Below, one piece after another: positions 26,105-39,400 of a DNA stretch of 64,000 nucleotides. Within the stretch, counting starts at the first letter, position 1. Each line of letters begins with the position of its first letter. The stretch is taken from positions 3,224,001 to 3,288,000 of the forward strand of contig JBHGNT010000011.1 in NCBI GenBank assembly GCA_043228905.1, given 5' to 3'. Made by a program: the position numbers and the translations under genes. Origin of the DNA: Azolla caroliniana (taxonomy: Eukaryota > Plantae > Polypodiophyta). The notes below the pieces were generated by a model, which did no database searches, was not told where the DNA came from, and saw only the letters and a program-made list of their open reading frames with translations.

Positions 26105-29100
26105 TCAAGTCTGAATACCACTTGCTCTAATAGGCTGGGATTTCCCATCCTCAGTTCCTTGTATATCTTGACAAGGAGTAGCAACAGTAAGATGCTTGTT
26201 AGATCTCTTTTTCGTTGCTATGAGATCGAGAGACACTTTGATTCTAGCTTGATTTGCTGAAAATTGGTGGTTTCCATGCTTTTCGCCCCTCTTGGCAGTG
26301 TGTGAGGATCGCCGAACTTCCACAAGAGAACCATTTTTTGGTGAAAAGGATGAAACCACAATCAATCCAGATCGCCAAGATGGCATGGCATGAGGATCAT
26401 TTGTCGGGAAGAAAACACCTGTGCCGGGGTTAGGAACTCTTGGAGCCCTAGGTAGACCCACCCAACCTTGGGTCGTGCCAGGATGAGCCATGTAAGGGTT
26501 CATGAGGCCGCCTGCAGGATTTGGAAAGATAGTATTAGGATTTGGAAATGGGGGTTGCTGATGCCGATGATCATGCATGTGTGGCGATGGATGTAGAGGT
26601 GTCATGGTAGCCATCATTGCTTGCTTGTTTGGTCCATTTCCATTATAAACATTTGTTCCACCTCCTGTCGCCCACTTGTTCCTTCCCTTGCTAGATATAT
26701 TAGCACAAGATTTTCCCAATGCAACGGTTATCCTTCTATTTGCCGATGCTGGTATTGCCTTTTGTAAAAGCCCGGCAAAATGTTCTTGAAGCAGCAAAAT
26801 AGACCTGTACCAATATGCACAAACCATCAGTCTGCTTTGTGGTGTGCAATTTTCAAATTCCTGCACATGAAGGCCATATGCTGTTTTCTCTTTTTACCAA
26901 ATCACATTGTGCTATCTATATGCATCCATTTCTAGTTTAATTCTAAGCTATTTGAAGAAAATGCATATATTCTTTTCACCAGCACATTGACACAAGGTTA
27001 ATGCATTGTCATCATCTTCTTACCCTGCAGGTACTGCCACTTGGAAAGGGCCTTTACAGCTCCCTTGCTCATCACTTGATATAGAATGACCAAAAATCAT
27101 ATTACATTCTCCCATCAAGGAAAGAATGCATATGGGTTTTTCCCAAGCACATTGGTCTGTATTCGGAGCTTCAAAATCCCCCTGGAAAAGATAAGAAAAA
27201 ATTCCAAAAGGGTTTTTTATTTCCACTTGGAAGCTGATGGAATGACAATGAAGAAAGACATTTCTAGATTTGACAGCTGAAGATATGTCATATAAGTGAT
27301 AAATAAGATTAGAACCTCATCAAAGATGCTGATAACACACGAGTCCGGTTTCTGGTTTCCAAGCAATATACCACAGTGAGTGAGCCAGTTGATTACAGCA
27401 TGCATGAACTTCGGAATAGGTTGAATATCATCTGAAAAAGATACAGATGTATGTTTGTCAGATGTCAATAGTAGAACATAATATTTGCAAAATGGTAAAA
27501 GAAAATGGCAGTCAATTCTATATTAAACAGAGATGTATTCTAGAAAATATTGTGCACAATGATTTATTAAGCTTTCATAAAACAGTTATGCTACTCTTTC
27601 TGAAGATAGAGATCACAACAAAAAATACATTGTTGGGTAAATTCAAAGCGGTGTACTTTTTTCTGAAACGTTGCGTTGTTTGTGTCCAAATTGCAAGATG
27701 TCCGGTGCAGAATTCGACTTTTTGCTATATGTGCAGCCTGCAATACAAAATTGCATATGCATTAATCAGGGTGTGTGCTTGTTAACCATATGGAATTCAA
27801 ACAAGCAAGGCATAATATATATGTGTTTTCATGTATGTATATATGCATGTAAACATATCTATATATTTATGTACGTATTCAAATCAACAGCAACATACAT
27901 ACCCAGTTCTCCTTTCTTTCCAGCGTCCCGCAGTTGATGAATGAGTTCAACCAAATTAGCAATTTCTGTGCTACTGAAGACATTTTCACATAATTCTGCA
28001 CTCTCACCATTGTTTATCTGCATCATACATTTTCATATTAATTTTTCATGACAATAGGAAATAAATTGGATGCCAAATCTTTCCTTGAAGTGAATATATA
28101 CATATGGTATATGTACACACGCACGCGCGGGCGTGCGCGTGCGCACATACGCACACAGATTGCACAATGCAACACAAGAGATCATCAAAACTCACCATTT
28201 GCCCATCTTCATGTTCAGAGCATTGAAATTGCATTGACCGCTTGATTGCTGCAAGGCGCTCATTTTCCTCATCTAATGCAATAGGCATGTCTTTGCTGAG
28301 CAATTCTCTGGTGATGGATCCTGAAGAACACATAAAATTCTGAGTACTTTAGGACAAACACAAGAATTTAGTTCCCTTGCATTTCTGCCCACATTCAGAA
28401 AGAAAGGCAAGCCTGTACCTGAATTCTTTGATGAGCTAGTTTGATTATGTGAATTCCCATCACTTAATGTACCATTAGCACATGCAAGTGTGTGAGAGTC
28501 TAGCGTATGAGGAGTCGCTTCTTCTACGGCTTCAATGTTACCCTTCTTTCCATTGATTTCTTCTACACATGTACTTGTAGGTTCGACTTCATCTGGACGA
28601 ACTTTTTCAATTTCACATGTAGCCAATGTGGTCTCATTTGAAGACCCTCCAATCAAATCTTGATGGGTTTGTGGCATTGTGATGTCTCGGGCTTTCTCCG
28701 ATTGAGCCTCCTCAAAAGTTTCTGTGCCGAATTTCTGGTTTTCCTCGACAATTTGCTCTGGGCATGTGAATTGCTCTTTGCAAGGGGGCTTTTCTACTGG
28801 CGAAATCGCGGGCGGCTCTGTTCTGCTTCGTTGGGTTTTCTTCTCTACACTTTTCTTGTTTTCCTCAACAAATTGCAATGGAGGGCATGTGAATTGCCCT
28901 ACAGAAGGGGTATTTCCAATGGCTGTCAAAGCTGCTGCTGCTGCGGCTGCCATGACCGGGGGGTGTTGCTGCCGATTCCATGCTATGTGCTGAAGAGAAT
29001 TCACAATCTCAGCGACCGAGAAGAACTGCTGCATGTAGAGGGAAGGGGTCCAAGCGTGTCTTCTTCTCTGAAGGGAGTTGAACACAGGCTCATACTCTCC

Positions 29101-29379
29101 AGGCCCGCCGATTATCCGCAGGTGATGGCACATGCTGTCGATGATTGCATTGGCAGCCGCGAACTCGGCACGGAGCCATGCTATGTATGCATCCCTCTGG
29201 TCTGCTGCTGGAGGCCAAGAGTGTTGTAGTGATGGTGATGGTGATGGTGATGTTGATGATGGAGATGGAGATGGAGATGGATGTGGTTGTGATGGTATCA
29301 TCATCATCATCCCTAGTGGGGCCTTTGAGGCATGATCCACGTGGGCTGGCAAATTGGGAGGTAAATCTGCCATAGCCAT
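26105..29379 (-). CDS. ALKBH10-like AlkB/2OG-Fe(II) family protein (m6A demethylase clade); exons 29379-28419, 28320-28196, 28017-27903, 27737-27657, 27431-27316, 27181-27024, 26804-26105
   Basis: N-terminal DQRDAYIAWLRAEFAAANAIIDSMCHHL...LYMQQFFSVAEI typical of ALKBH10/At1g14710-like proteins. AlkB core LRDAGKKGEL, KPDSCVISIFDEGD, ECNMIFG, RRITVALGK; C-terminal PGTGVFFP. All introns GT-AG and frame-consistent. Confidence 0.9.
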
Positions 29380-29892
29380 GTGACCCAGAAGATGAAAATG
29401 CAACAAAAAGAATCAAAATCAACAAAAAAAAACAAAAAAAAAACAAAAAACAGGATCAAAAATCAAATGCAAGCAAAATCAACCAAAAAAAACAAAACAA
29501 AAAAAAAGAACAGAAAGAGCAGAAATGAGAAGAAGGAGAGGGAGGTATGTGTATGTGTATGTATATGTGTATGTATGTTTGTAAGGAAGTGTAATGTATT
29601 TAGGGGGTGTGAGTGGGCAGGGAGAGGGGGGATTAATGAGGATGCATCATCATCATCATCATCATCGGCATCATTAGGAGACAGGGGGGTATGTGATTAG
29701 TGAATGAATGTGAGTAATGGCAGGAAGGAAGGAAGGAAGGAATAATAAAGAGGAAGGCAGTATCAGTAGTAGTAGTAGTAGTAGCCAAGATGAGTTGTAG
29801 AAGAAGGGGAAAACAAAGAGGAATTGACCATTCAGAGAGGGGAATGTGTGTGTGTGTGTATGAGAGAGAGAGAGAGAGATGGGCACTGTTAT

Positions 29893-29934
<42 letters not shown>

Positions 29935-30305
29935 TCTGTTTTGCTAGCAAAACTAGGAAGAAAAAGAATAAGAAGAGAGAGAGAGAGAGAAGTATTATTC
30001 CTTTTCCTTTCTTAGTGTTGGTGAAAGGAAAAAGAGGAAGATGTCTTCTTGCTCTCCACAAGAGACACTCTGAAATTTCTACTGCAGCTGAAGAAGAAGA
30101 AGAAGAATAAGAAGAAGAAGAAACAGGGCAGAAAGTTCACACTGAGGGAGAGAGAGAGACACACACACACACACACACACACAGAGGAACAGGGGAGGAG
30201 AGAGAGAGAGAGAAACAGGGGAGGAGGATCTGCTTCTGTGAGAGGAGAGAATATTGAGGGGAATATTCCTCTAAATAAACAGGGGAAAAATAAAAAAAAA
30301 CAAAG

Positions 30306-30607
30306 CCAATTTTTGGTTCACTAAATTTAGTGCCCACAGAGAAAAACACACACAACACACAATAAGGAAAGGGGGAAAACAAATAATAATAATAACAAAA
30401 CAATTTTGCTTCCCTAAATTTGGTGTGTGGAGAGATGGAAAACAAAAAACCAAAATTGCAATGAGATTTGATTCAAGCGAAGATTGGTAATGGAAGAAGA
30501 AGCAAGACACTTTTGATCCCTTGAAATGAGTGCAACGAAAAAAGGCCATTCGTCGCAACCCTAAATTTGGCCAGGAAAACCAAAAACTTATTCGGCCCTA
30601 AATTTGG
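30306..30607. promoter_or_regulatory. Cluster of CArG-like boxes upstream of the ALKBH10-like gene
   Basis: CCAATTTTTGG at 30306, CTAAATTTAG at 30321, CCTAAATTTGG at 30413, 30560 and 30597. Confidence 0.4.
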
Positions 30608-31331
30608 TCAGGGGTGGAAAAACAACTCATTCGCCCATTCGTGGTACCCAATCTAAACAAAACAAGGAAATGTGTGTGGATTGTGTGTAAAGTATGGGGC
30701 AAATGTTGTCCAGAGCCAATCATGCTTCGGTTTCGAAATCATTTATCAAACTTATTTAAGAATGGCGCCCGCTCGACAACAATGTTCTGAAGTGTTTTCC
30801 AGGGGAAATCTTGACAGGCCATATGGGGTGTGTGTGTGTGTGTGTGTGTCTATGTGGACCAGGCAAGAGATTAATCGTCTGACCAACAATTGTGTAGCCT
30901 GCCAAAAGTCAATCCACGCCCCCCAGAAATACCCCTAGGGCTCTAGAAAAAAATCATGTCGCATGTCCATCGAAGTCTCCTATGTGGTGCAAGAAGTCTA
31001 AAAGGCTGCCCAAGAAAAGCCGAGGCTAACACTAGATATACCCCTAGGGAACCAGCCGCGAGTAGAAACACTCAGGTGAGTGTTTGTAGTAAAGGCGACA
31101 AGGAACCGACTTGTGTATTCCTCCAATCAATCAATCTCGCCAAAATCATTGAACTATTTCCTTATTGTTGAAAGCATTTCCTATCAAATCAAAATATTCT
31201 ATCTTATTTTAGAGGTGCATTATTGATCGATTTTAAAATGAAAAACAAATCAAACTTGAAATTTAAGTCATTGATGAGCAAAGCAAAATAAGAACGACGA
31301 CTATGTTGGATCGATCACCAGAAAGACAAAA

Positions 31332-31373
31332 GAAGAAGAAGAAGAAGAAGAAGAAGAAGAAGAAGAAGAAGAA
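31332..31373. repeat. (GAA)n microsatellite
   Basis: Pure GAA run. Confidence 0.95.
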
Positions 31374-34016
31374 GGAAATTCTGTGAAAAGAATATTGTTG
31401 TTGATCGTGGAAGTTGGCTATTTATATGCATAGGCAACAATAGTTATAACTTCTCTTGCAATTGGGTTGTACTTACTGTTTCTCCCATTCTTTAGAAATA
31501 ATAACTAGTGGGGGTAGAAACCCTCGGAATTGAAGGTGGAAACCCAAACCCACGAAGATGAAGAATCTTCGTGCACCGAAACAATAAAACATGAAAACAA
31601 GTATCTCTTGAATGAACACTTAATTAAAAAAAAGCCACCCGAAGAAATGAATTCTGAAAGTTATCTAGTGGAAAAATCATGTATCCTTATGATGTCAATC
31701 ATACAGAGAGATTGTTTTAAGTGAGCTTGTTTCAGGAATGATTAAGACGAGGTTCATAACATATCCACCAGAGATTTTAGTTATAGTTGACCCGCGCATT
31801 TGTAGCTTAATAATTGTAAAATAACTCATTAAAAAAGGGGTAGCATGCATGACCAAAGGCATAGAATAAAAGCTTTTTAGTTCATGATTGAGGCCACCAT
31901 CAAACTTTGTTTATCGAGTAAATAATTTCGAGGACTACAACTCCTCAACAAAAGGCACCCTTTCGTCTTAAAAGGGGGTTCCGAAGGAATCTCTGATAGT
32001 TTGGTCTACTCCCTTTGGCCCGGGGCCTACCATAAGCACTACCACACACATATTCGAGATGTACTTATCAGGTTCTTGGTTTCGATATATATTTCCACAG
32101 CTTTAGGTATGCCAAAATGTATAAACCATTCCTCCGTACACATCATGTATAAACGATAGATAGATTTCTATCATCGTTCTAAGTTTTGTCAAAAAACACT
32201 TGCTATGCGATGAAGGACACTGTTAGCATATGTTGATAACCAATTACCGTTGTGCTATTTGGAGACACCATTATCAGAGCACAAACATGTACCAATAGCG
32301 TCATTATTCAAATTGGCATGAAACCAGAGTTGAAGAGTCGGTTTGTTTTGAAGTTATTCTAGGCCAAATGGGCATATAATAGCAAATGTCATCATCATCC
32401 AAGATACTTTATTCACTTACCTTTGTGTAGCCTTGGAGAGCTCACAATACCATGGAATTGTGTGGCGATTGCTCGTAAAGATGCACCATCTCCATGTTTT
32501 CCTCCTTTTCCTCTTTACATCGGTTGGGAGGCAATGCACTTTAAAATATAATCAGACCATCTTTACATATGCCCTTATTTTATTTCTTATGCGAAATCTT
32601 CATCATACGTGCATGTCAGAGTTTTGATGGCCTAGTTTTGATCGACCACATCGTGAGTTCTACAAATCGCATCAAATCAAGCAAATTGAAATCTATATTG
32701 TTTTGGTTTGATACCTATCACGATTTTACAAAAGGGAGGACTATTTCTTTTTTCTAGATTGTCTTCAATGTGTAAGAACATGTCATAACCTCTAGAACTA
32801 ACTCGGTGTAACCAAGAGAACATATGCTATTAGCATGGAAACACCTAACTTAGTAGCAATGTTTGATAACAAGTTCTTATTTAATTATGAGTTCTCTATA
32901 TGTCGGAACATTGGCCCGTTGTTTATATGATTTTTTTTTAGTATGCCAAATTCCATGTGCGTATAACCTTGACCTCACGCAGTGGGTCAAGATCCACTCT
33001 CAACGTTCTTATGAATAAAAAAGCAATGCCACGCTTTATGATATTGCACTTTCCCGAATATCCCATACATTAACAATTCAGCTTGCATTTGAACTTAAGT
33101 GATACTTGTTGTGTTTTGTCTTTTCCTCAATTAGAAAAAAAAAGTAAGGAAAAGCAGCATTTAAGTGCAAGTAAGCAAATTAAGAATTCTTCAGTTTGAA
33201 TTATCATAGTTCCACGATCGTATTTCACCGACTTCCATTGTGTAAACCAAAAGGTTTGAACAACGTCTCTGATGTTGTGTTTAAGTCAATCATAATCTTG
33301 TTAATCATCGGTTGATGTATGTGGGTGCAAATGCTTCAAATTTTAAGGCAAGCATTTTATTCATACCAAAGTGCTCAAACTCAATACCAAATGTTATGTG
33401 AGGATTATATATATATATATATATATCGATTGTCATGTACGCATTTCAATTACATGATTCCTTATACTTTTGTATGAACCATTGTAACTTAAAAAGAAAA
33501 GAAGAAACTTGTATTCCATGTATGTACATATGTGAGTGTGCATGACAAGGAAATAAAGAGTCATTTATTATTAATGTAAGGGAAATGCTTATCCCATGTG
33601 AGTTGCCATCATATTCCATGTGTTGCAAACTATAACTCAACTCTACCCCTTGGCCATATGACACTCGTTGTCGTTATACGCTTCCATGTTTTATATATTT
33701 TTGGGTGCATGTTCGCGACACAGCAATTTATGAATTTCTTATGCATTTATATGTAGAATTGATGCATCTAGACATATTAGCACATAGTGATATATATATA
33801 TATATATATATGTGCGCACACACACACACACACACACAATAAATTATAGTTGTGTGTGTACTTGTAACTAACAAAACATTACATTATTTTGATGACCAAA
33901 TGATATTAATGACTTCAGTTACTAGTTGACTACCAAATATCAATTGTTTCAAGCACAATTACACGATTCTTATTTCAACTACTAGTTGGTGCCAATAAAT
34001 TTTAATTTATTTATGA

Positions 34017-34117
34017 TGTATGTATATGTATGTATGTGTGTGTGTGTGTATGTGTATGTATATGTATGTATGAATGTATGTATGTAAGTATGTATGTATG
34101 TGTATGTGTATGTGTAT

Positions 34118-34153
<36 letters not shown>
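34017..34153. repeat. Compound (TGTA)n/(TG)n/(TGTATG)n microsatellite
   Basis: Visible directly in the sequence. Confidence 0.9.
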
Positions 34154-34155
<2 letters not shown>

Positions 34156-35507
34156 TAGGCATACATATACACAATGGTGTGAAATTGGTCATTGCCTATC
34201 AAGTTCGTGAAATTTGGGGATGTTTAAATGACGTTCTAATGCTAAAAAATGAACAATTCATAATATATTATGGCTATGGGGGATTTGTTGCCGAATAGTT
34301 TAATTTACGATGTTGTGAGGCTTAATTCTTGATCCCTAAAGCAAACAAAAGGGATACCTTCATTAAACATAAAAACCTTCTCTAACACAAAATTTGAGAA
34401 CCTAAACTGAAAGTTTCATTTATAGATCAGGCACAATTGTATGTTTGTGGCTTAGAGAGAGAGAGAGAGAGAGATTATATTCTCGTCTTGAGAGGTCAAA
34501 TATGACCTATGAGACCAAAAAGATTACATTTCACGTGGTACGTGTGAAAGTGAGTAGCGACTCTCGATGTTCAAGAACTTTACCAATGAATGCTGCAATC
34601 GAGAGTGCACATTGTGGTTGTGAGAGAAAGTGTGATACTCAGACTCTCAAACTTGTTTAGGGCAAAGTGTACATAGCCGGCCACTCTCATCACTTGTGCC
34701 CCAACGCCCTGTCTCACATCGCAATGCATGTGAGCTAAGTTGCATGGAAGCAATGGTTCAAATGGTAGATAATGGTATGGCTCTAACATGTATCAATGTG
34801 TACGATTTTCCCGTTCCACAAAGAATATGGTTTTCTAGTTAGGTGCAACATGTGCAGTATAATGTGTGAAGCGTGAGCCTCCACATTTGTCCCATGTCAT
34901 GATACATTGGCGTTGCAAAAAGGCCTCATTTACAGAGGAATCTAATGATGCATCATGAAGCAAGTGTCTCACATCCCATCTACCAAACCATTTTTCTATA
35001 TCTTGCATCCAACCGAAACACAAAAATTTGCTTTTATGCATCTTTTGTTTCTTTTTGCTTGCTTCCCACACAATTCTAGGAAGTCGATGTGAGGGACTTT
35101 TTTGAACCGTAAGCATGTATTCAACAACCCTTTCCATGGCCATGATCTCAATGGGATGCGATTCCGTCTCAAGGAGGAGGAGTGCGTAGGGCGTTTGTTT
35201 CTTAACTTGTAGAAATTTTGTAAGAAAATGTTTTTGGACATTTTCAAACTCTTTCCACATAGATTTAGGGATGCTACTGCCCCATACTTCCACTCCATAG
35301 AGAAGAACCGGTGTCACCAAAGTGTTGAAAAGATATTTCTCAAGGACCCAACACTTAATATCTCCAAGATTGCATGTGTTCTCAAACGCATAGTATGCAT
35401 AAAGAGGGGGAGGGAGAGAGACTACACAAACGTGAGCGAGAGGGAGGGAGCTTGTATACTACATAGTGGATCGTCTGAGTGAGTGAGTGAGAGAGAGAGA
35501 GAGAGGG

Positions 35508-35625
35508 AGGTTTCCAAACCAGTTTAGGGATTGGTTTGGTTTGGTTTGGTTCAGGTTTGAGAACCCTAAAACGGTTTAGGCAAGCCAAACTAGTTAAGCC
35601 TAAACCGAACCATTGTCGATCCTTA
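35508..35625 (-). mobile_element. Single end of a hAT-like element inside the LINE RT
   Basis: The terminus TAAGGATCGACAATGGTTCGGTTT resembles the family B TIR and is followed by AAACC repeats. Confidence 0.6.
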
Positions 35626-35886
35626 CTTGGCACCTCAAGTTTTTCCATTCGCCTCCAAAGATGGTCATGAGGTATCATATCAAAAGCTTTCTTGAAGTCT
35701 ACAAAGCAACAATATAAACCTCTGCCTCTACGACAACGTTCCTCCATTAATACTCGAAGGGTGACAAGGTGATCAATGGTGCCATGGTGTTTTCGAAAGC
35801 CAACTTGTCCATAAGCTCTGTTACCATTCTTTTTAGCCCATACACTTATCTTTGATTCCATTATACATCTAAATAGTTTTGTCATT

Positions 35887-36221
35887 TGTTGAGCGGCAAG
35901 CTCAACCGGAGCCGGATCGGCTGAATAAGCCGGAGCTGTTAAGCGAGACGGATCGGGCGAAACGGATCGGTATGACGGTCAGCAACCGAACCGGCAAGTA
36001 GTGGAGACTGGGTGCAATCCGTAACCGGAAGTCCAATTGGAAGCCTAGTATAGGATAGACTACTAGGTAGCTATAGTCTCGTAGTAAGTGTTAGATGATC
36101 GTGTGAGCATTGAAGTACATGGTACTTCTGTCAGTCCCAAGAGGACATGTATAAATAGTGCTACTTAGCACAGTGTGTAGATAGCGTCTTCATATAATTT
36201 TGAAATTGTGCTCTCGCTCTC

Positions 36222-36269
<48 letters not shown>

Positions 36270-36308
36270 GTTCTCTGTTTTACGCTTCCGCAAACACTTA
36301 CGTTTACA
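35887..36308 (+). repeat. 5' LTR
   Basis: TGTTGAGC...CGTTTACA, TATA box at ~36150, internal (CT)n. Confidence 0.95.
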
Positions 36309-36402
36309 TGGTATCAGAGTGCGAGGGTTGAGAACCTCTGCTGCAGACATTTACTCTTGAGAAGAAAACCCTAACAGGTCGAAAACAGACACAATAGAAG
36401 AC

Positions 36403-39400
36403 ATGGATAGAGGCATGGCTACGTCGCTCCCGGTGGAGAAGCTCGACAGGAGCAACTACGCATCCTGGTCTTACACCTACTTGGACACGGACGGGTACTG
36501 GAGTTATGTCGAAGGAGCGAATGATGCGGCGCCCGACTCGGCACACAAGGACTTCCCGGTATGGGAACAGGCGGCAAGCAGGGTGATGTACTGCTTCCCG
36601 TCCAGTGTCAACGATCAGCTGCTCAGCCACATCCGTGACGCCAAGACACCGAAGGATGCTTGGGGGAACCTGAAAAAGGTTTTCGCCGCAAGCACCACTG
36701 CCCGGAAGCTGCAACTCAGACAGGAGTTGAGCAATGTTCGACAGAAGAACATGTCTGTGGCAGACTACACGGGCCGGATAAAGGAGATCTGCGACTCGCC
36801 CGCCTCTATCAATGTTACCGTAGAGGAAGACGAGATGGTGCAGGTATGTCTCGGAGGCCTGTCATCCAAGTTCGGAGCGTTCCGGACTGCGGTGTGTACA
36901 AGGGAGAATACCCCCTCATTCTTCGACTTACAGTCGATGCTCCTTGTAGAGGAGAACCATGCCGGTGCATCTACCAGTGCATCCCCAGACAGCCGAATGC
37001 TGTACACGAGAACGGATCGGCTCCGTGGGCGTGGTGGAAGAGGTGGGTCGGCACGCAATGGAGGCGGCCGGCAAGAGCAGGAACGGAGGCACTATGGGTG
37101 TGCCGACAGCAGTTCCGGGACTTCCACAAGCAAGGGGAGTCAAGGCGGTGCCGGAGGCCGACAAGACAAATCCGCTACGGAATGCTGGTACTGTGGCAAA
37201 AAAGGCCACAGGGAAAGCGAGTGTTGGAGAAAGCGTGCCGATTCGGACAAATCCGGATCCGGCAAGACCGGTAAGGATGGCCGGCAAAACTCGCACTACG
37301 CAAACGGATCAGGAGGATCCGGAACCGGAAAGGCCGGTAAGGGGCCAGCCTTGGTGATGAATCACAAGGCAAACTCAATGAAGAAGACCACTTCCAAAAT
37401 GGAGGAAGTGTGGTATGTTGATTCCGGCGCGTCGAACCACATGATGAGCCACAAAGAGTGGTTCTCCTTTCTGGAGAAACCGGATCAACCAGGAGTAGTC
37501 GAAACCGGAGACGACACTTCTCACCCAATTGTGCACGTTGGAGAAGTCCCTCTAAGCCATGTCGGACAGAAAGGGAAGCTGATGAACGTATTACACGTTC
37601 CGACAATCACGAAGAACCTGGTGTCCGTCGGTCAGATTGTCGACCAGGGGATGCAGGTGCAGTTTACGCACCTCAGGTGCTTCACTGAGGATGAGGGCGA
37701 AGTCATTGCGCAAGGGCGCAGAGACGGGAGGATGTTTATCCTCAACACCAATGACTTTGGCACCGCTCTGTTTGCGAAACGACAGAAGGTCGAGTCGGAC
37801 ATCGACCTGTGGCACAAGCGGATAGGCCACGTCAACTACCGGAGGCTTCAAGACCTACAAACGAAACAAGTCGTTTTCGGTTTGCCGAAGTTCAGCGGCC
37901 GGAGAGCCAAAATTTGTGAAGCCTGCCAACTTGGGAAGCAACACCGGCTTCCATTCCCCACCGAACGGAACCGGAGCCGTAACAAGCTCGATCTCATCCA
38001 CTCGGATGTGTGGGGACCGGCACAAAGTGTAAGCCTTGGCGGGAGCCGATACTTCGTCTCCTTCATCGACGACTATACTCGACATACTTCGATCTACCTC
38101 ATTGAGCGGAAGAGCGAAGTCTTCGACTGTTTCCGGAGCCTCCATAAGATGGTGGAATGAGAATCGGAGAGGAAGATCAAATGCCTTCGGTCGGATGGCG
38201 GAAAGGAATATTTTTCCGGCCAATTCACTAGTTATCTGCGGCAGAAGGGAATTCGGCGAGAGTTCAGCTGCAGATACACACCGGAGCAAAACGGTGTGGC
38301 CGAAAGGAAGAACCGGACACTCGTCGAAGCGGCAAGGGCAATGCTGGAGGAGAAGAGCATGCCCCGGTTCTACTGGGCGGAGGCGGTCCGGACGGCCATC
38401 TACATACAAAACCGCATTGGTGACAAGGTGTCAGCTCATGAGCTGTATTTCGGGCGCAAGCTGAACTTAAGACACCTTCGGATATTCGGCAGCATAGCAT
38501 ATGTGCATGTGCCGGATCAGAAGCGGAGAAAGCTGGATGCAAAATAGGAAAAATGCATCCTAGTCGGCTATGCTCAAGAGCAAAAGGGGTATAAGTGCTA
38601 TAACCCCCGGATGAAGGAAGTCCGAGTTAGCCGGGATGTCGAGTTCGATGAATCGGCATCTTGGTACTCCGTATCGACTCCGACTTCTGATCCCGACCCA
38701 ATGCCGGAAGATCAGCCCAGTGAGCCTGAATCAGCCCTAGCAGAGGATGATGAAGCCGGGACTCAAGATGAGAGTCTGGAATCGTTACGGTTGAGTGGAC
38801 CGAACGTGCAACTAAGTCGGTTGGACCAGTCGGATGAAGAGACGGCAAGTGGTGGAGACTCTGCCGTGCTCTCCCCGCGCAAGGCACCGAGGAAACGGTT
38901 CACGCGCAAAGAGAAGAGGAAGAGGAAGATGTCGGAATTCGAAACCAGCAACGATGAGTCGGATCGGTGCGTATCCGACTCCGGAAAAGAAAAAGGCGGA
39001 TCTTCGGCAACGAAGACCGAACTGGCCAAGAAGGGACTCAAATCAGGTGACGGTGCGTTGCGCCGATCAACCCGCCAGAAGGATCCCGTCATGCGGTACG
39101 GGTACAATGAATACATGGCGCATCATTATGTGTACATGACTAAGGTAACAGAAGTGCGTGAGCCGGAGAGCTACGCAGAAGTGGCAAAGGACGCAAATTG
39201 GCGTGCCGCTATGGACGAAGAAATGCGGGCACTCGATGCCAACGAAACTTGGGACCTAGTTGATCCTCCCCGTCACTGTAAACCGATCGGATGCAAGTGG
39301 GTGTACAAGGTCAAGTACAACGCCGACGGTTCTGTTAACCGGTACAAAGCCTGGTTAGTGGCGAAGGGATACGTGCAGACCCACGGAATCGACTACGACG

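Noticed and set aside
29380-30558. Several ORFs upstream of the ALKBH gene
   Set aside because: Translations of microsatellites and homopolymer runs.
31780-33000. Possible decayed LINE
   Set aside because: No motif could be read with confidence.
38158-38160. In-frame stops in the copia ORF as programmed readthrough
   Set aside because: They lie inside integrase and RT rather than at the gag/pol boundary and fit point mutations.
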